DNA of 64,000 nucleotides from Octopus vulgaris (Eukaryota). The translations under genes and the position numbers were made by a program. Shown here piece after piece: positions 37,250 through 49,097 of the stretch. Every line of letters begins with the position of its first letter. Position 1 is the first letter of the stretch. The stretch spans positions 27,342,001 to 27,406,000 of the forward strand of contig OX597818.1 of NCBI GenBank assembly GCA_951406725.2, read 5' to 3'. The notes beneath the pieces are model-generated. The model had not been told where the DNA came from. It saw nothing but the letters and a program-made list of their open reading frames with translations, and ran no database searches.

Positions 37250-38870
37250 AATCGTTCATTTTTCCTTTGATTTTCCCCTTATCATCATTTTCTCTCTTCT
37301 TTTTCAAAAATAAAACAGTTTTACTCCCCCCTCTTTTTTTCCAAATAAGAAAATTTTTCTTTTTTAATATTTCATAAAAGGTTCGAGATCTTTCAGTTCT
37401 ACCACTGGTGGCAATTCATCGACTTCCACTGTTACACCCGGTGGACCAATTCCTCTTCCACAGTTATCTTTCAGCTTGTTGTACCTCTCCTTGTCGACCA
37501 CAATGACCTTCACGTTCTCCGAATACACATCTGTGGGCAGCTTCACCCTTATAATGGACTTAAATTTCATTATTTTCCGTTCAAGTTCTTTATTTTCAGA
37601 ATATGTCACAAAATTCCATCGATATGTTTTCGCTTTTCTTACTTGTTTTCCCCTTTCCTGCTCTTCTCCTGGTACTTTTTCTTTTTCCTCCTCCACTCTG
37701 AATAGTCTCTCCATTTCACCTTCATAAATTGTTCTCCTAGATCCTTTTCCTCCACTGGTATAACCAATGTCTTTGCTGCTGTCTCCTCCTTCTATAACTC
37801 TTCCTTGAGCTCCTCTTCAAGCTCCTTTCCAATCTCCTTGTCAATCATTTCCTCTTCCTCCCTTCTGACTTCCTTCACCACCTCTTTCTCTACTTCTTTT
37901 TTCTTTTTCTGCCTCTCTGGCGGGGAGCTTACTCTTTCACTTCTCTTTCTTTTTTTGACTACCGTGAATTCCTCTTCTGTTCTTGTCTCCTTTACCTCGA
38001 CGCGTACCACTTGGTCTGTACTCTCCTGCTTCTCAGTTTGTTTCATCTGCTGTTCTCTCTGGGAGCACCTCGCCTTCATGTGACCTTTTTCTCCACATGC
38101 GTAGTATATGGGCGGCCTACTATCCACCACCACTCTCAGCCTTATATCCTCGGGCAGAACTAGTTCTTCTGCAATTCTACTGAGGTCTTCTAAACTCGCT
38201 TGTATGGCCATCTCTATGCCATATTCCCAATAATTTACCCTTTTGGCTCTTGTGGCTTTGAGTATCTTGGCCTCCTCCTCCATATTGAACATTATGGCTG
38301 CCATCAGCCATGTTTCTATTATCTCTGGGGGCACGTTGCCAACTCTCACCCTGGTAATACACTTTCCACAGTACGTCGGCAAAAGTACCCATTCTTCTGT
38401 TCTAATGGCTTCCGTTAAGTGCTTAATCGCTTCGTCTTCCGTCGCGAAACGCACCTCCACTGTGCCATACTTTCTTCCTCTTGTGATAAACCTCTTGATT
38501 TCCTTCAAACATTCATCAATAGCCTCGATCGTTGCTATCTCGATTTTCCTGCTTGATACCTTCAGTGTTTTAAAAATTACTGTCCTCTTGGTTACACTGC
38601 TTGTAAGTTCTTCAGGCGGCGTTAGTCTCAACGTGTTTCCTTCCTTTTTCAGTAATTTCTCACATTCTTTCATCTTCTTCGGTTCAAATTTTACTTCAGG
38701 AACCTCCAAAGTTTCAACCTCCATTCCTCTACTAATTGCTGCCGCATAACTGTGACCTCCTACTGGCACCTTCTCCATCTTTCCAACGATGGGGAAAAAA
38801 ATAACAACAGTAACAGCAATTTCAACAGTAACAATCAATAATCTTTGGTATACCCACGAGAGGAGACCTT
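37250..38870 (-). mobile_element. L1/Tx1-like LINE ORF1 (RRM-like region, zinc knuckle, E/K-rich tail); no ORF2 visible
   Basis: 348-aa ORF 37792-38838 with SYAAAI, GRKYGTVEVRF, VRVGNVPPEI and YYACGEKGHMKARC, then a 116-aa ORF 37364-37714 and an A-rich tail. Confidence 0.75.
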
Positions 38871-38879
38871 TAACAAATA

Positions 38880-40736
38880 TTTAACAAGTTGACTTACGTC
38901 TACCAGCAATAAAAAAACACGACAAAATTAACTGCAACCATCTACTACGTACTCTCCCTTTATACTAACCGACGTCACCTTATATATAGCGGCAATCACA
39001 TACCATTCGTCACGTGGGAGGGGTTTATTACTATTATCGCCACAACATCTCCCCTTTTTTCTTTTTTCTTAGGCTGTGCCATTTTATTTCTTTTAATAGC
39101 AATACTTTTTATATCACCTCATTCCCTTTTTAGCGTTCTTTTTTTAGTTACACATTCAATATTTTTTCGTTTGGCATCCACTTTCAGGAACTCCGTACAT
39201 TTTCTTTTTCTTACGCTTGTGCGTCTGAGTTCAATCACCTGTGGTGGCGTTGGTACTTGAAAAGCATCATATAACCATTCCATTGGTTCTTCCATTCTCT
39301 TGGGTTTGCTCTCAACGAATCTTTTTTTGAGTTGGTTCATGTATCTTTTGTATATGCCTTTTCTACTTTTTAACAAGTATAGTATTTTTGCTATGCGTTT
39401 GGTAATCCCGCCAACTTCTCAACTTTGTTTTCCATTCTTGTATGCCCTCACAAATATCTTGTCACCAATTTTGAAAAATCTTGCTGTATTTTCCATTGCA
39501 ATTTTTTCTTTATTTGCCGGGTAGCAATTTGTAGAAGACTGATTTTACTTTCCTCGCAAACGTCAGCTTCGCTGGTGAAATATCTGCTGGTGTATTTGGA
39601 TTTTGTAACGCACGGTATACTCTTAAGAACTGTTGTAGAGCTACCTCATTCGTGACTTCCTTATTCGACTTTCTTAGGGCTCTCTTGAACGTATCGACAA
39701 AGCGTTCTGCCTGACCGTTAGATCTGGAATGGCATGACGCCGTTGTTACATGTTCACACACGAATGTTTCACAAAACTTTTAAAATTCGCTAGACTCAAA
39801 TTGTATTCCATTCTCTGCAATTAGCCCCTGAGTAAATATCAGGAACTTGAATATATCTGGCGTTAATTCATCCAGCTTGAACTCTTCACATTCCCTGTTA
39901 ACTCTACCAGCATATGTGATGTAGTCCTTCTCGTTGTTCTTTTCTAGGTCCAAACATTTCCGACGTGTATTGAGCAACGAGCTTTTCTCATTAAAAATTT
40001 TACACAATATGTCTATTGTAGCTTTAGAGTTTATGTCAGAAGGTTGTTTCAGGATTACGTACTTACTGTAACACTAATGTTCTTCTGCTGCCAGTTTTCT
40101 TAATATTAAACGCGCTTTCATATCGTCGTCCTAATCTTCGCACTCTTTATTGAAGATTTGTTTATATCTTCTATAGTAAGCCTCGAAGGTAACTCCTTTG
40201 GTTCGTACTTAAATTCTGTTATTGAGTTTGCAACATAATCTGGCGAGAACATCTTTTCAGTATTTCCTGACGACTTACTATTCATTAATTGCTGCATTTG
40301 TTGCTGTAATAGTAATTGTTGTTGTTACTTCAGCTGTTGATCTTGTAGTTGTAGCTGCTGTTGCTGTTCTTTCAGTTGTTGTTGTTGCTGTTTTTGCAAC
40401 TTGAGCAAACCGGCCAACAAATTTTCCAACACTGTACAATTTGTTTTCGTAAAATTCGCACAAAAAAACTTTTGTGAGTTTGTTAATTCATCGTGACTTT
40501 ATAAATTCCTCGTGACTTTGTTAATTCCTCGTGAGTTTAATTCCTCGTCGCCACTCTTGTATCCTTTAACGTCTGGTAATAGCAGTAAAGTTAGTAACAC
40601 AAGACCACGACTATCTATGACCGTCTACTACGTACTCTCTCTTTATACTAACCGACGCCACCTTATTTATAGGGGCTATCACATACCATTCGTCACATGG
40701 GAGGGGTATACCATTATTACTATTATTCTCACAACA
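38880..40736 (-). mobile_element. Internally deleted Ty3/Gypsy LTR retrotransposon
   Basis: Related LTRs 40736-40555 and 39047-~38880, both starting TGTTG; PBS TGGCGACGAGGA (40553-40542, tRNA-Ser type); PPT 39060-39048; gag (YAGRVNRECEEFKL..LIFTQGL) joined directly to integrase (NGIQF, HSRSNGQAERFVDTFKRAL). Confidence 0.9.
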
Positions 40737-40869
40737 TTTAAGTAAGATGCGTTTCAACGAATTTTTCGAAAAGAAAAGAACATGTGACAAGATAACAGTT
40801 TGAAAAATACACGTTATACATAAAAAAACATTTGACGAGAAATACACGAGACAAAGTGTACGAACCGTA

Positions 40870-42540
40870 AGATCGTAACAGAGTACATTAACTCAAAAGA
40901 TCGTTAGAAGTAAGGAGTAGTTGTAAAATGAGAATGACTGGAAGATTGTGGGATACTATATTCTATCTTATGATTAATCACCGCCAACATTTGCTCGAAG
41001 AGTGAAGAACTTATCCAATATTGTTTGATATTTATTGTCTACTATCTCTTTATACAGCTCAGTATAGGAAGAGAGCTCATTGAAAATGTCTTTTGTAATA
41101 TTTATGTTACAATCACAATTAGGGGCATCATCAGCAAAAGCTTTCAGACCTACTGCCAACAATATAGCAATATACTTTTCCAAGTACCCTTCAAAGTTGA
41201 AGGTTTCGTTTCATCTCATGACTCAGCTATATTATTCACAGCATCCATTATGCTAAACTTCTTCCAGAAGACTGTCTGTAGATTTAATCCCCAGTCACTT
41301 GCTTTCATAAGTTGTTGAAAGTTCTCAGATAATACGCCTTGGAGCAAAGGAGTTGTATTTGGAGGGATATATTCTACTTTCTCATTATCATAAAGCCAAT
41401 TGAAGTTCATTGGGTAGCTTCGTGCATTACCTAAAAGGAGTATACTTTGTTGAAATTATGTCTGGCATTGTGCCTTTCTGCAATAGGACAAAAAAAATTA
41501 TTGTAAACCACTCTCCGAAAAGACAGTTAGTCATTCACGCCTTCTTATTTGAATGACGATTCAGGAGTAGACTAAACTTTGCCTAACCCTTGAAAACCCT
41601 CTGATTTTCGGAGTCGTATACGAAGCATTAGATCATTTTCGGATGCTTTAAATTTTGATGTTGATTTGTCTTCTCGAGAAATATAAGTTCTAGCAGGTAT
41701 GAACATCCAGACAATTACAGTTTCATCAACATTGCTCTGGTGTGTAGTGGCTTTTAATAATCATTTCTTTAACTGCTCAAGATAATTAGGTTCATCAGTT
41801 ACTTCTATGCTATGCAAAATCAAGTGCTTCTCACGCACTTCAAACCAGCCTTTACTAACTAGAAATAATTTTTCATTAGAAGATTCTTCTTTCTTTATCT
41901 GCAAATTATCATACAACCTTCTACCCTTGTATTTTTAATTACCATTGCATTGCTATGATTCTTGGCCCACACACTCAAGAGTTCTCCTATTTCAAGCATC
42001 ACATAAGACGTCTTAAAAGATGAGGTCCGAGAAGTTAAGGGAGTAGATTTCTGAGCATTTGACTTATTTTTCTCTTTATTGCTACCTACTGTTCCTGCAG
42101 TTGGTATTATTAATTCTTAGGGATCAGCTAACCAAGTCGGGCATTAATGCTCGCCAGTCGGCGAGTCGACGGTGGTTCAAAACAGTGACCGCTGCTTGAT
42201 ACTCGTGGGTAGCTCCGACCGCACCTATCCCACGGAGTGAGCTTTTCGAAGTTCCTTGATGATCCACTCACATCAATGGACACAGTGTTTAACGACCCAC
42301 CAGGATATCGTTCATTGTCTGAATTGTCCTAAAAAAAGGGACGAGACAAAGCGGTTTGTATCCTGGTCGCACCCAGAACTTTCGGGTCGCGCTTGTTAAT
42401 GTTTTAACAATAAGTTTGATTTTTCTCCTGCACTAATCCTTTTTAAAACATCAAGTTTAATATCTAGAGTAATCTCTTTGAGGTTCATTCTCACACTATT
42501 GCCTTCAGTTTAATTTGACGTCCTCTTTTCATCTTGAATT
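40870..42540 (-). mobile_element. Degenerate pogo/Tigger-like transposase
   Basis: Minus-strand SKGWFE, NVDET..WMFIPARTYISRE and YIPPNTTPLLQ motifs; interrupted at 42120-42395. Confidence 0.8.
42120..42395 (-). repeat. GC-rich structured insertion, possible SINE
   Basis: Interrupts the Tigger remnant; nested helices; B-box-like GGGTGCGACC on the minus strand. Confidence 0.45.
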
Positions 42541-42880
42541 ATGTGTAAATCCAAAAGCGGTGACGATTAATAATTACCCGCAACACACCTGTAAAATATA
42601 CGACCAGGAAAGAACCGTATTTTTAATTGTGTAAAATTGTCTTATTTCTGTGGATGTAAGAATGGAAATGAGAAGACGAAGCGGCAAAGGAATAGTATGG
42701 AGAAAGTAGTGTATGATTAGAGTTAGGAGTAAAAAGTTCATGGGCATTTCGTCTATTTCTCTTCTGAATTAAACCACAAAAACTAACACCCTACTCACAA
42801 ACACGTACACAAATACACACATAGACACACATACTCAGGCACCATGCACACATGCAAGCACACAGTCCAACAAATATATG

Positions 42881-42945
<65 letters not shown>

Positions 42946-43279
42946 TGATTATAAATGTTCAAATTGTTAACTTTTCTTTGATCTTAGCTAAAATCCTGAG
43001 AAACGTAATTACATGAAGCATACGCGAGAGAGACATCTATAGCTTCGTTCGACCATATCACTTAAGATATCATTTATATTGGCAAAGATAACGGACAAAA
43101 CATTACCATTCAGTTGACCCATAGAAACCTCGCACTTTGCAGTCTGCGACACAGTTGAGGTCTATTTTGCGTTTTACTCAGTCAGTTTTTACTGTTTAAA
43201 CCCATTATATCGTTGAATAGAGCTCGTTGAGATCTTTCTTTTGCACTATTAATTGTTTTTCTCTCCCCTGCAGATCAAA

Positions 43280-44205
43280 ACTTATGGAAAGAAATTAAGA
43301 AAAGGACTAAGTTGAAGAGTGTTTTGGAACCAAGAAGAAACAAAAGACAGGGAAATGTTGTTTCTTACACTCCCAAGAAGAAGAATAAGGTTGTGGATAA
43401 ACCATTTCATAAGTATGTAGAGATTTTCGTGAAAAAAAAAATCGACCTAGGAGCCTTACCAAGGAGAGGAAGCTGGATATTCTCACTGTACAAGACAAAT
43501 TTTGTCATGAACATGTCATGCTGCACAGTAATAAAAGACATGGGTGAATGTAAAAGAATGTAGATACCACGAACCGTACTGTGAATGTACTTGGTCGAAG
43601 TAATATGCTCTGCAGTGAAATCTGGACCAAATTTGTTGAGATGGAGAAGTTTCGGAGCAGAAGATAATTGGAAAACGAAATCTAAAAGTTCCTGATCTTT
43701 GTCTTGTGACCCCCGTAATCCAGAAATTTGTCAGAGATTGTCGGGCGACTCACACTATGACTGTTGCACGTGATGTGATGGACTACTGTATCGAAAATGG
43801 TCTCATTGCTGTTGACTGTGATCAACCAAAGTAAGTCCAAGCAGCTCTGCGATCTGTTCAAAGATTCCTTAAGCAAAAAGGATGCCGTCGTGGAAAGAAG
43901 AAAGGAATGATGTGCTACAAGCTCCGAGCCGAGAACATTCGTAAGCGGGATCTCTATACAGTCAGATTAGTTTCGCTCAATGCAGCGAAGAAGCAACGAA
44001 TTGTGTACATGGATGAAAGCTTATATTCACGAGAATTATGTTCGACATAATGACAGTTTGTATAATCCGAACGATGAGCAGGACCAACAAGTGAAAACAC
44101 AGCACAAAGGAAGGCGGTCATTATTGATGCTGACTACACCGTGCCAGAAGAAGTCTCAAAGGAAAATCAAGTGGATCGTTTTATGGAGGGCCACTTTGCA
44201 TGTCA
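43280..44205 (+). mobile_element. Degenerate IS630-Tc1-mariner superfamily transposase
   Basis: Joined frames: QRFLKQKGCRRGKKKG..ENIRKRDLY..VYMDESYIHENYVRHNDSLYNPNDEQD..KGRR (first catalytic D in MDES). Confidence 0.6.
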
Positions 44206-45286
44206 CTGCTAATGATCCTAGTTTCTTTTATTTTCTCTCAAAATCGAAAAGGGTTCTTAACTTTTGAACCAGAGTTGCAAAGCTACCAAACTATAGTTTA
44301 TTCTACTCATCAAAGCTATATTTATCTCCTAATAGTATCAAAACTTTGCGTTACAAAAATACCCTTAATGGTGTCGTGGACTATTAGTAATGGCTATATA
44401 GTGTAAGGGAGATCACTCTCATAGCAAGAACAATCCAAACAAAAAAGGAAAAAAGTAACCAAGGGAGGTAAATTCAAGGGAGTTAACTTACCTACATATT
44501 AATGATTTGAAGTAAATCACTGTTGCAGTGATTTCAGATTATTGCTGCTCATTCTTATACAGTTCTCCTTCCAGTAATTTGAAATCACGTTCAGGGTGAA
44601 ATCACGTAAGGGTAGGATAAAATAGATTCCAAAGTACTTTAAGGAGTATTTAATTTTCTATAATAAATATTTCAATCGCATTTGAAATGTATAAATCTAT
44701 TTGTAATAACATTTTATTTGTGTTATATTCGAACTGAAATAACAGTTTTAAATTATCAGAAAATAAAACAACCAAATGGAAGCAATACACACACACACAC
44801 AAATACACACACACACACACACACACAACACTCTCAAAATAAAAGGAACAGGGAAAAACGTACTGCAGCTGTAAATCTCTAATCCAAAATCAGTTTCTCA
44901 TTAAAAAGGCGGGTGGGGGAGATTAAAGTATTTATTTAAATATAAAATTTCAGACTCAGAATCTTTGATATTTTCACATTTTTTAATGCATCGTAAAAGT
45001 GTTAGGATATGTTTCAAAATTCATTTACAAAAAAAAAAAAAAAATTCTATGCGGAGCATAGACAATTCCCTAGCTAAATTAGGTAAGGCTAAACAAAGGA
45101 CTTTGTCTATTGTCTGGTATGAACTGTCTTTGACACAAGATGGTCAGTTAAAGAATAGAACTAACCTATATATGACAGTTGATTCTCATAAATTAGTGTA
45201 AATGCCAAGAACAATGGAAAGGAACTGGTAGGAAAAATCTAGACTAAGATTTTGATTCCTGGTTTAGAATCCAGAAAATGATCTGA

Positions 45287-45332
<46 letters not shown>

Positions 45333-45366
45333 TGTACATGTATAAGTATATCCCTACATATTTTAT

Positions 45367-45746
45367 CTATATATGTATGTGTATGTCCTTATATGTACAA
45401 ATATATACCTATATCTATGTCATAAAATTCAAAAAAAGATTTCCAAAAGTTAGTTTTTTAACTGACAATATGTTCCCCATTGTTTTTTTAAGTGCATAGT
45501 GTAAAAAAAATTGGACGAAATTATTCTGGAAGGAAAGGGATGGGAGGATTCATAAATTTTCAAAAACTTTTTTCATGAAAAACTTTCACGCATTATTTAC
45601 AAGGGCATGGTAGAAAAAAAATTGGAAAAATTCCCTTCAAAACAGAGAAAATCCAACTAATGAAGGTGTGCCATTCTGAAAGTCTCAGTCTGCCAAAATA
45701 TTTTATTGTGAAAATTACCCACCAACGACGGGATACTCAGCTGATC
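45367..45746 (+). mobile_element. Old non-autonomous Helitron-like element
   Basis: tctatata start; 3' ccc accaacgac ggg atactcagctgat resembles a degenerate hairpin+CTAG end. Confidence 0.4.
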
Positions 45747-45759
45747 ATACATACATACA

Positions 45760-45795
<36 letters not shown>

Positions 45796-45817
45796 TATAT
45801 TTATATATATATATATA

Positions 45818-46212
45818 CTAGCAGTATCGCCCGGCGTTGCTCGGGTTTGTAAGGGAAATAATTATATAAGCATTTTTAGAGATGTAAAGTATAATAGCCA
45901 TCTCAATATGGCTAACCACAAAGGGGGAGGGGTGTTACTGTAGCTTTTTACGTTCTGAGATTTAATAATAAATTTTAGAGAGTTACTTCCCTTATATATG
46001 TCAAAAATGGATTAAAAATGGGAAAAATTGATGGTAAATTTTTTTTTAAATCGTAGACTCATCGTAGACGCGCGCTAATACCCAGACGGTCTCGATATGA
46101 ATCACGACTATAAGATACCCGGTTTTGGTTAAACTGCACCGCAAAATGTGGGAGTAGTTAGGAATCTAAATCGTAGGAGACAGACACACAACCTCACTTT
46201 TATATATAAAGA
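45818..46212 (-). mobile_element. Non-autonomous Helitron
   Basis: Minus strand A|TC...CCCGAGCAACGCCGGG hairpin...CTAG|T; homologous to 47990-48626. Confidence 0.85.
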
Positions 46213-46315
46213 TTTCCTCTATTTACATAATATTGAGGTCTCTTTCTTTCTTTTGTTATCTTACTGTTTTTACCAATATACATATATATATATATATATA
46301 TATAAATATATATAT

Positions 46316-46639
46316 AGTTACAGAGATGTACTTGCATAGCAAGTGACTTGATCTGAGATCGTGTGCTGGAACGAAAACAGTTGCAGCGTTGAAGGTGTTT
46401 ATAAGCCATTTAAGAAACACACAAAAACCGTTAGATTCACTTCAACATTTAAATTTAATTTGTGAAAATATTTTCGTCGCTTTGAGACCGCGACCTTTTA
46501 GCACGATATTTTTGTCAGTGAACAGGTCGCGGTCTGAAAGCGACGAAAATATTTTGGCAAATTAAATTTAAATGTTGAAGTGAATGTAACGGTTTTTGTG
46601 TGTTTCTTAAATGGCTTACAAACACCTTCCACGCTGCAA
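46316..46639. mobile_element. Penelope-like pLTR fold-back flanked by (TA)n
   Basis: Inverted arms 46381-46496 and 46524-46639; hammerhead-like motif at the centre. Confidence 0.7.
46511..46561 (+). ncRNA. Minimal type I hammerhead motif with G3-C8 swapped core
   Basis: TTTGTCA-GTGAACA-G-GTCGC GGTCTGAAA GCGAC-GAA-AATATT-T-TGGCAAA. Confidence 0.6.
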
Positions 46640-46719
46640 TATATATATACACACATATATATATATGTATGTATGTATGTATGTGTGTATATGTGTATGC
46701 ATGTATGTGTGTGTGTGTG

Positions 46720-46937
46720 CGTGTCTGTGCTTGTGATTGTCCTCCACCACTGCTTGACAACGAATGTTGGTTTGTTTACATCCCTGTCACCTAGTGGTTT
46801 GACAAAGGAAACAGATAGAATAAGTACAATGCTTACAAAAATAAAACTGGAGTTGATTCATTAAACTACAATTCTTCAAGGCATTGCCCCAGCATGGCCA
46901 CAGACCAATGGCTGGAAAAAGCAGAAGAATAAAAGAA
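46720..46937 (+). mobile_element. Diverged SINE 3' half (23957 family)
   Basis: tgcttgacaac..gatagaataagtac..cccagcatggcc. Confidence 0.7.
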
Positions 46938-47002
46938 TACATTCTCTGCTTTGGTCATATGTTGAAGGCATGAGAAAGCTTGAGTTTACATGAGAAGGCC
47001 TA

Positions 47003-47487
47003 ACAGACCTGGTAGAAACAGCAGCCAAATCTCCCTCAAATCACACCTTACTGTCTTATGTATGTATATATATATATGAGCCAATGAGGGGGACCTCTAC
47101 ATGGTAGCTAGACCTGGTAGAAATAGCAGCCAAATTTCCCCCAAATCACACCTTACTGTCTTATCTATGTATATATGTATGTATGAGCCTATGAGGGAGA
47201 CCCCTACATGGCAGCTAGACCTGGTAGAAATAGCAGCCAAATTTCCCCCAAATCACACCTTACTGTCTTATCTATGTATATATGTATGTATGAGCCTATG
47301 AGGGAGACCCCTACATGGCAGCTAGACCTGGTAGAAATAGCAGCCAAATTTCCCCCAAATCACACCTTACTGTCTTATCTATGTATATATGTATGTATGA
47401 GCCTATGAGGGAGACCCCTACATGGCAGCTAGACATGGTAGAAATAGCAGCCAAATCTCCCTCAAATCACACCTTACTGTCTTATCT
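47003..47487. repeat. 107-bp tandem repeat, about 4.5 copies
   Basis: Units start at about 47077, 47184, 47291 and 47398; the central copies are essentially identical. Confidence 0.95.
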
Positions 47488-47551
47488 TTCTGCTACTTGG
47501 ATATAGGTGTTATATTCGTCGTAAAAAAACTTTCCTGTCACACACTCACGC

Positions 47552-47587
<36 letters not shown>

Positions 47588-47734
47588 CCTCACACACACA
47601 CACACGCGCACACCCACACACACCCACTCACACACACGCACATTAGCTTACAATTTTATTTATATATTTGCGTGTCTGTGTGGAAAGAGGAAGTGGGAGG
47701 CAGAGTGAAAGAATCACTCACTACAGTAAGTCAA

Positions 47735-47989
47735 TTACTTTCATTTTATTCGTTGCCCACTGTGTGTGTGCGTTTGCATGTGCTGTAAACCAGACTAAGA
47801 AAAGCATTTGACACACACACCAGAATGTGAGTTTTCTGTAAATTTTGCTTAACTGGAGTTTAAATTTTAAAAACTGGACCTGGCATGACGCAATGCATTG
47901 TACTCTTAAAAATGCAAGGTAAATTGTAATTGTAGATTTGTATAACTCCCAAAGGGAGGCAGATAAAATCTGCCTTTTATAATAAGAGA
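47735..47989 (-). mobile_element. 5' portion of non-autonomous Helitron (53700 family)
   Basis: Reverse complement of 53700-53945. Confidence 0.85.
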
Positions 47990-48626
47990 CTAGCAGTATC
48001 GCCCGGCGTTGCTCGGGTTTGTAAGGGAAATAACTATATAAGCATTTTTAGAGAGTTATAGCCAAAAAATAGCAAAAAATGCATTAAAAATGGAAAAAAT
48101 ATGATGGTAAATTTTTTTTAAATCGTTGACTCATCGTAGACATTTTTAGAGAGTTACTTCCCTTATATAATAGCGAAAAAATGCATTAAAATGGAAAAAA
48201 AACGATGGTAAATTTTTTTTTAAATCGTAGACTCATGTAGACGCTTTCTTAGCCATTTCTGTTTTGGTGTCTTCAAGCCATGAAGTCGTTGTTCTAAAAG
48301 AAACACTGGTCTCCTTGACAACGCATTACGACGTTGATTTCCTTACACTCCCTTCCCCACAGGTGCAGGTGTGAGCGTGGACGCCAACTCCGCCGCCATC
48401 GACACACGAAAAATTATGCATTAAAATGGAATAAAAAATGATGTTAAATTATTTTTAAAATCGTAGACTCATCGTAGACGCGCGCTAATATTCAGACGGG
48501 CTCGATATGAATCACGACTATAAGCTACCCGAATTTGGTTAAACTGTACCGCAAAATGTGGGAGTAGTTAGGAATCTAAATCGAAGGGGACAGACACTCA
48601 CACAACTACAGTTTTATATATATAGA
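47990..48626 (-). mobile_element. Non-autonomous Helitron
   Basis: 5' TC at 48626, 3' hairpin + CTAG at 47990; internal direct repeats. Confidence 0.85.
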
Positions 48627-48689
48627 TATACATAGCGCAGTAGTGGTGAGATATGACAGCAAAGAAAAGCATACATTCACTCTCTGCAT

Positions 48690-49000
48690 GCAATTAGACT
48701 CGGAAAGTTCGTGAGGAACCCATTGACCCAATTTGCTGACTTTTCCGATAGCACACAGGTGTCAATGAATGGTTGAATGACCAAATCCAAGCTTCTCTGC
48801 TAGTTCCTCAACAGTTACGATGATATTTTGTTCCACCAGGGTTTTCAGGATGTCCTTGTCGAGTTCTACAGATCTTTCAGGATGAGGCTCGTCTTCTAGG
48901 CTGTAGTTTATGGCTCGGGATTTCTGGAACCACCATTGACACTGCCTTACGCTTATTGTCCAATCCCCATATACTGCATTAATATTTCTTGTACTTTGCA
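48690..49000 (-). mobile_element. Mariner transposase N-terminal fragment
   Basis: TRNINAVYGD..SVRQCQWWFQK..SLEDEP..TVEELAEKLGFGHSTIH. Confidence 0.8.
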
Positions 49001-49061
49001 CACATTTATATTCTGTTATTCTTTTATATGTTTCAGCCTTGAGGTTGTGGCCATGCTGGAT

Positions 49062-49097
<36 letters not shown>

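Noticed and set aside
38243-38749. 168-aa + strand ORF and similar antisense ORFs over TE coding regions
   Set aside because: Shadow frames of the minus-strand ORF1 or Penelope ORF.
47003-47487. CRISPR-like or coding repeat array
   Set aside because: Whole units repeat with no unique spacers, the context is eukaryotic, and each ORF stops within about two units.
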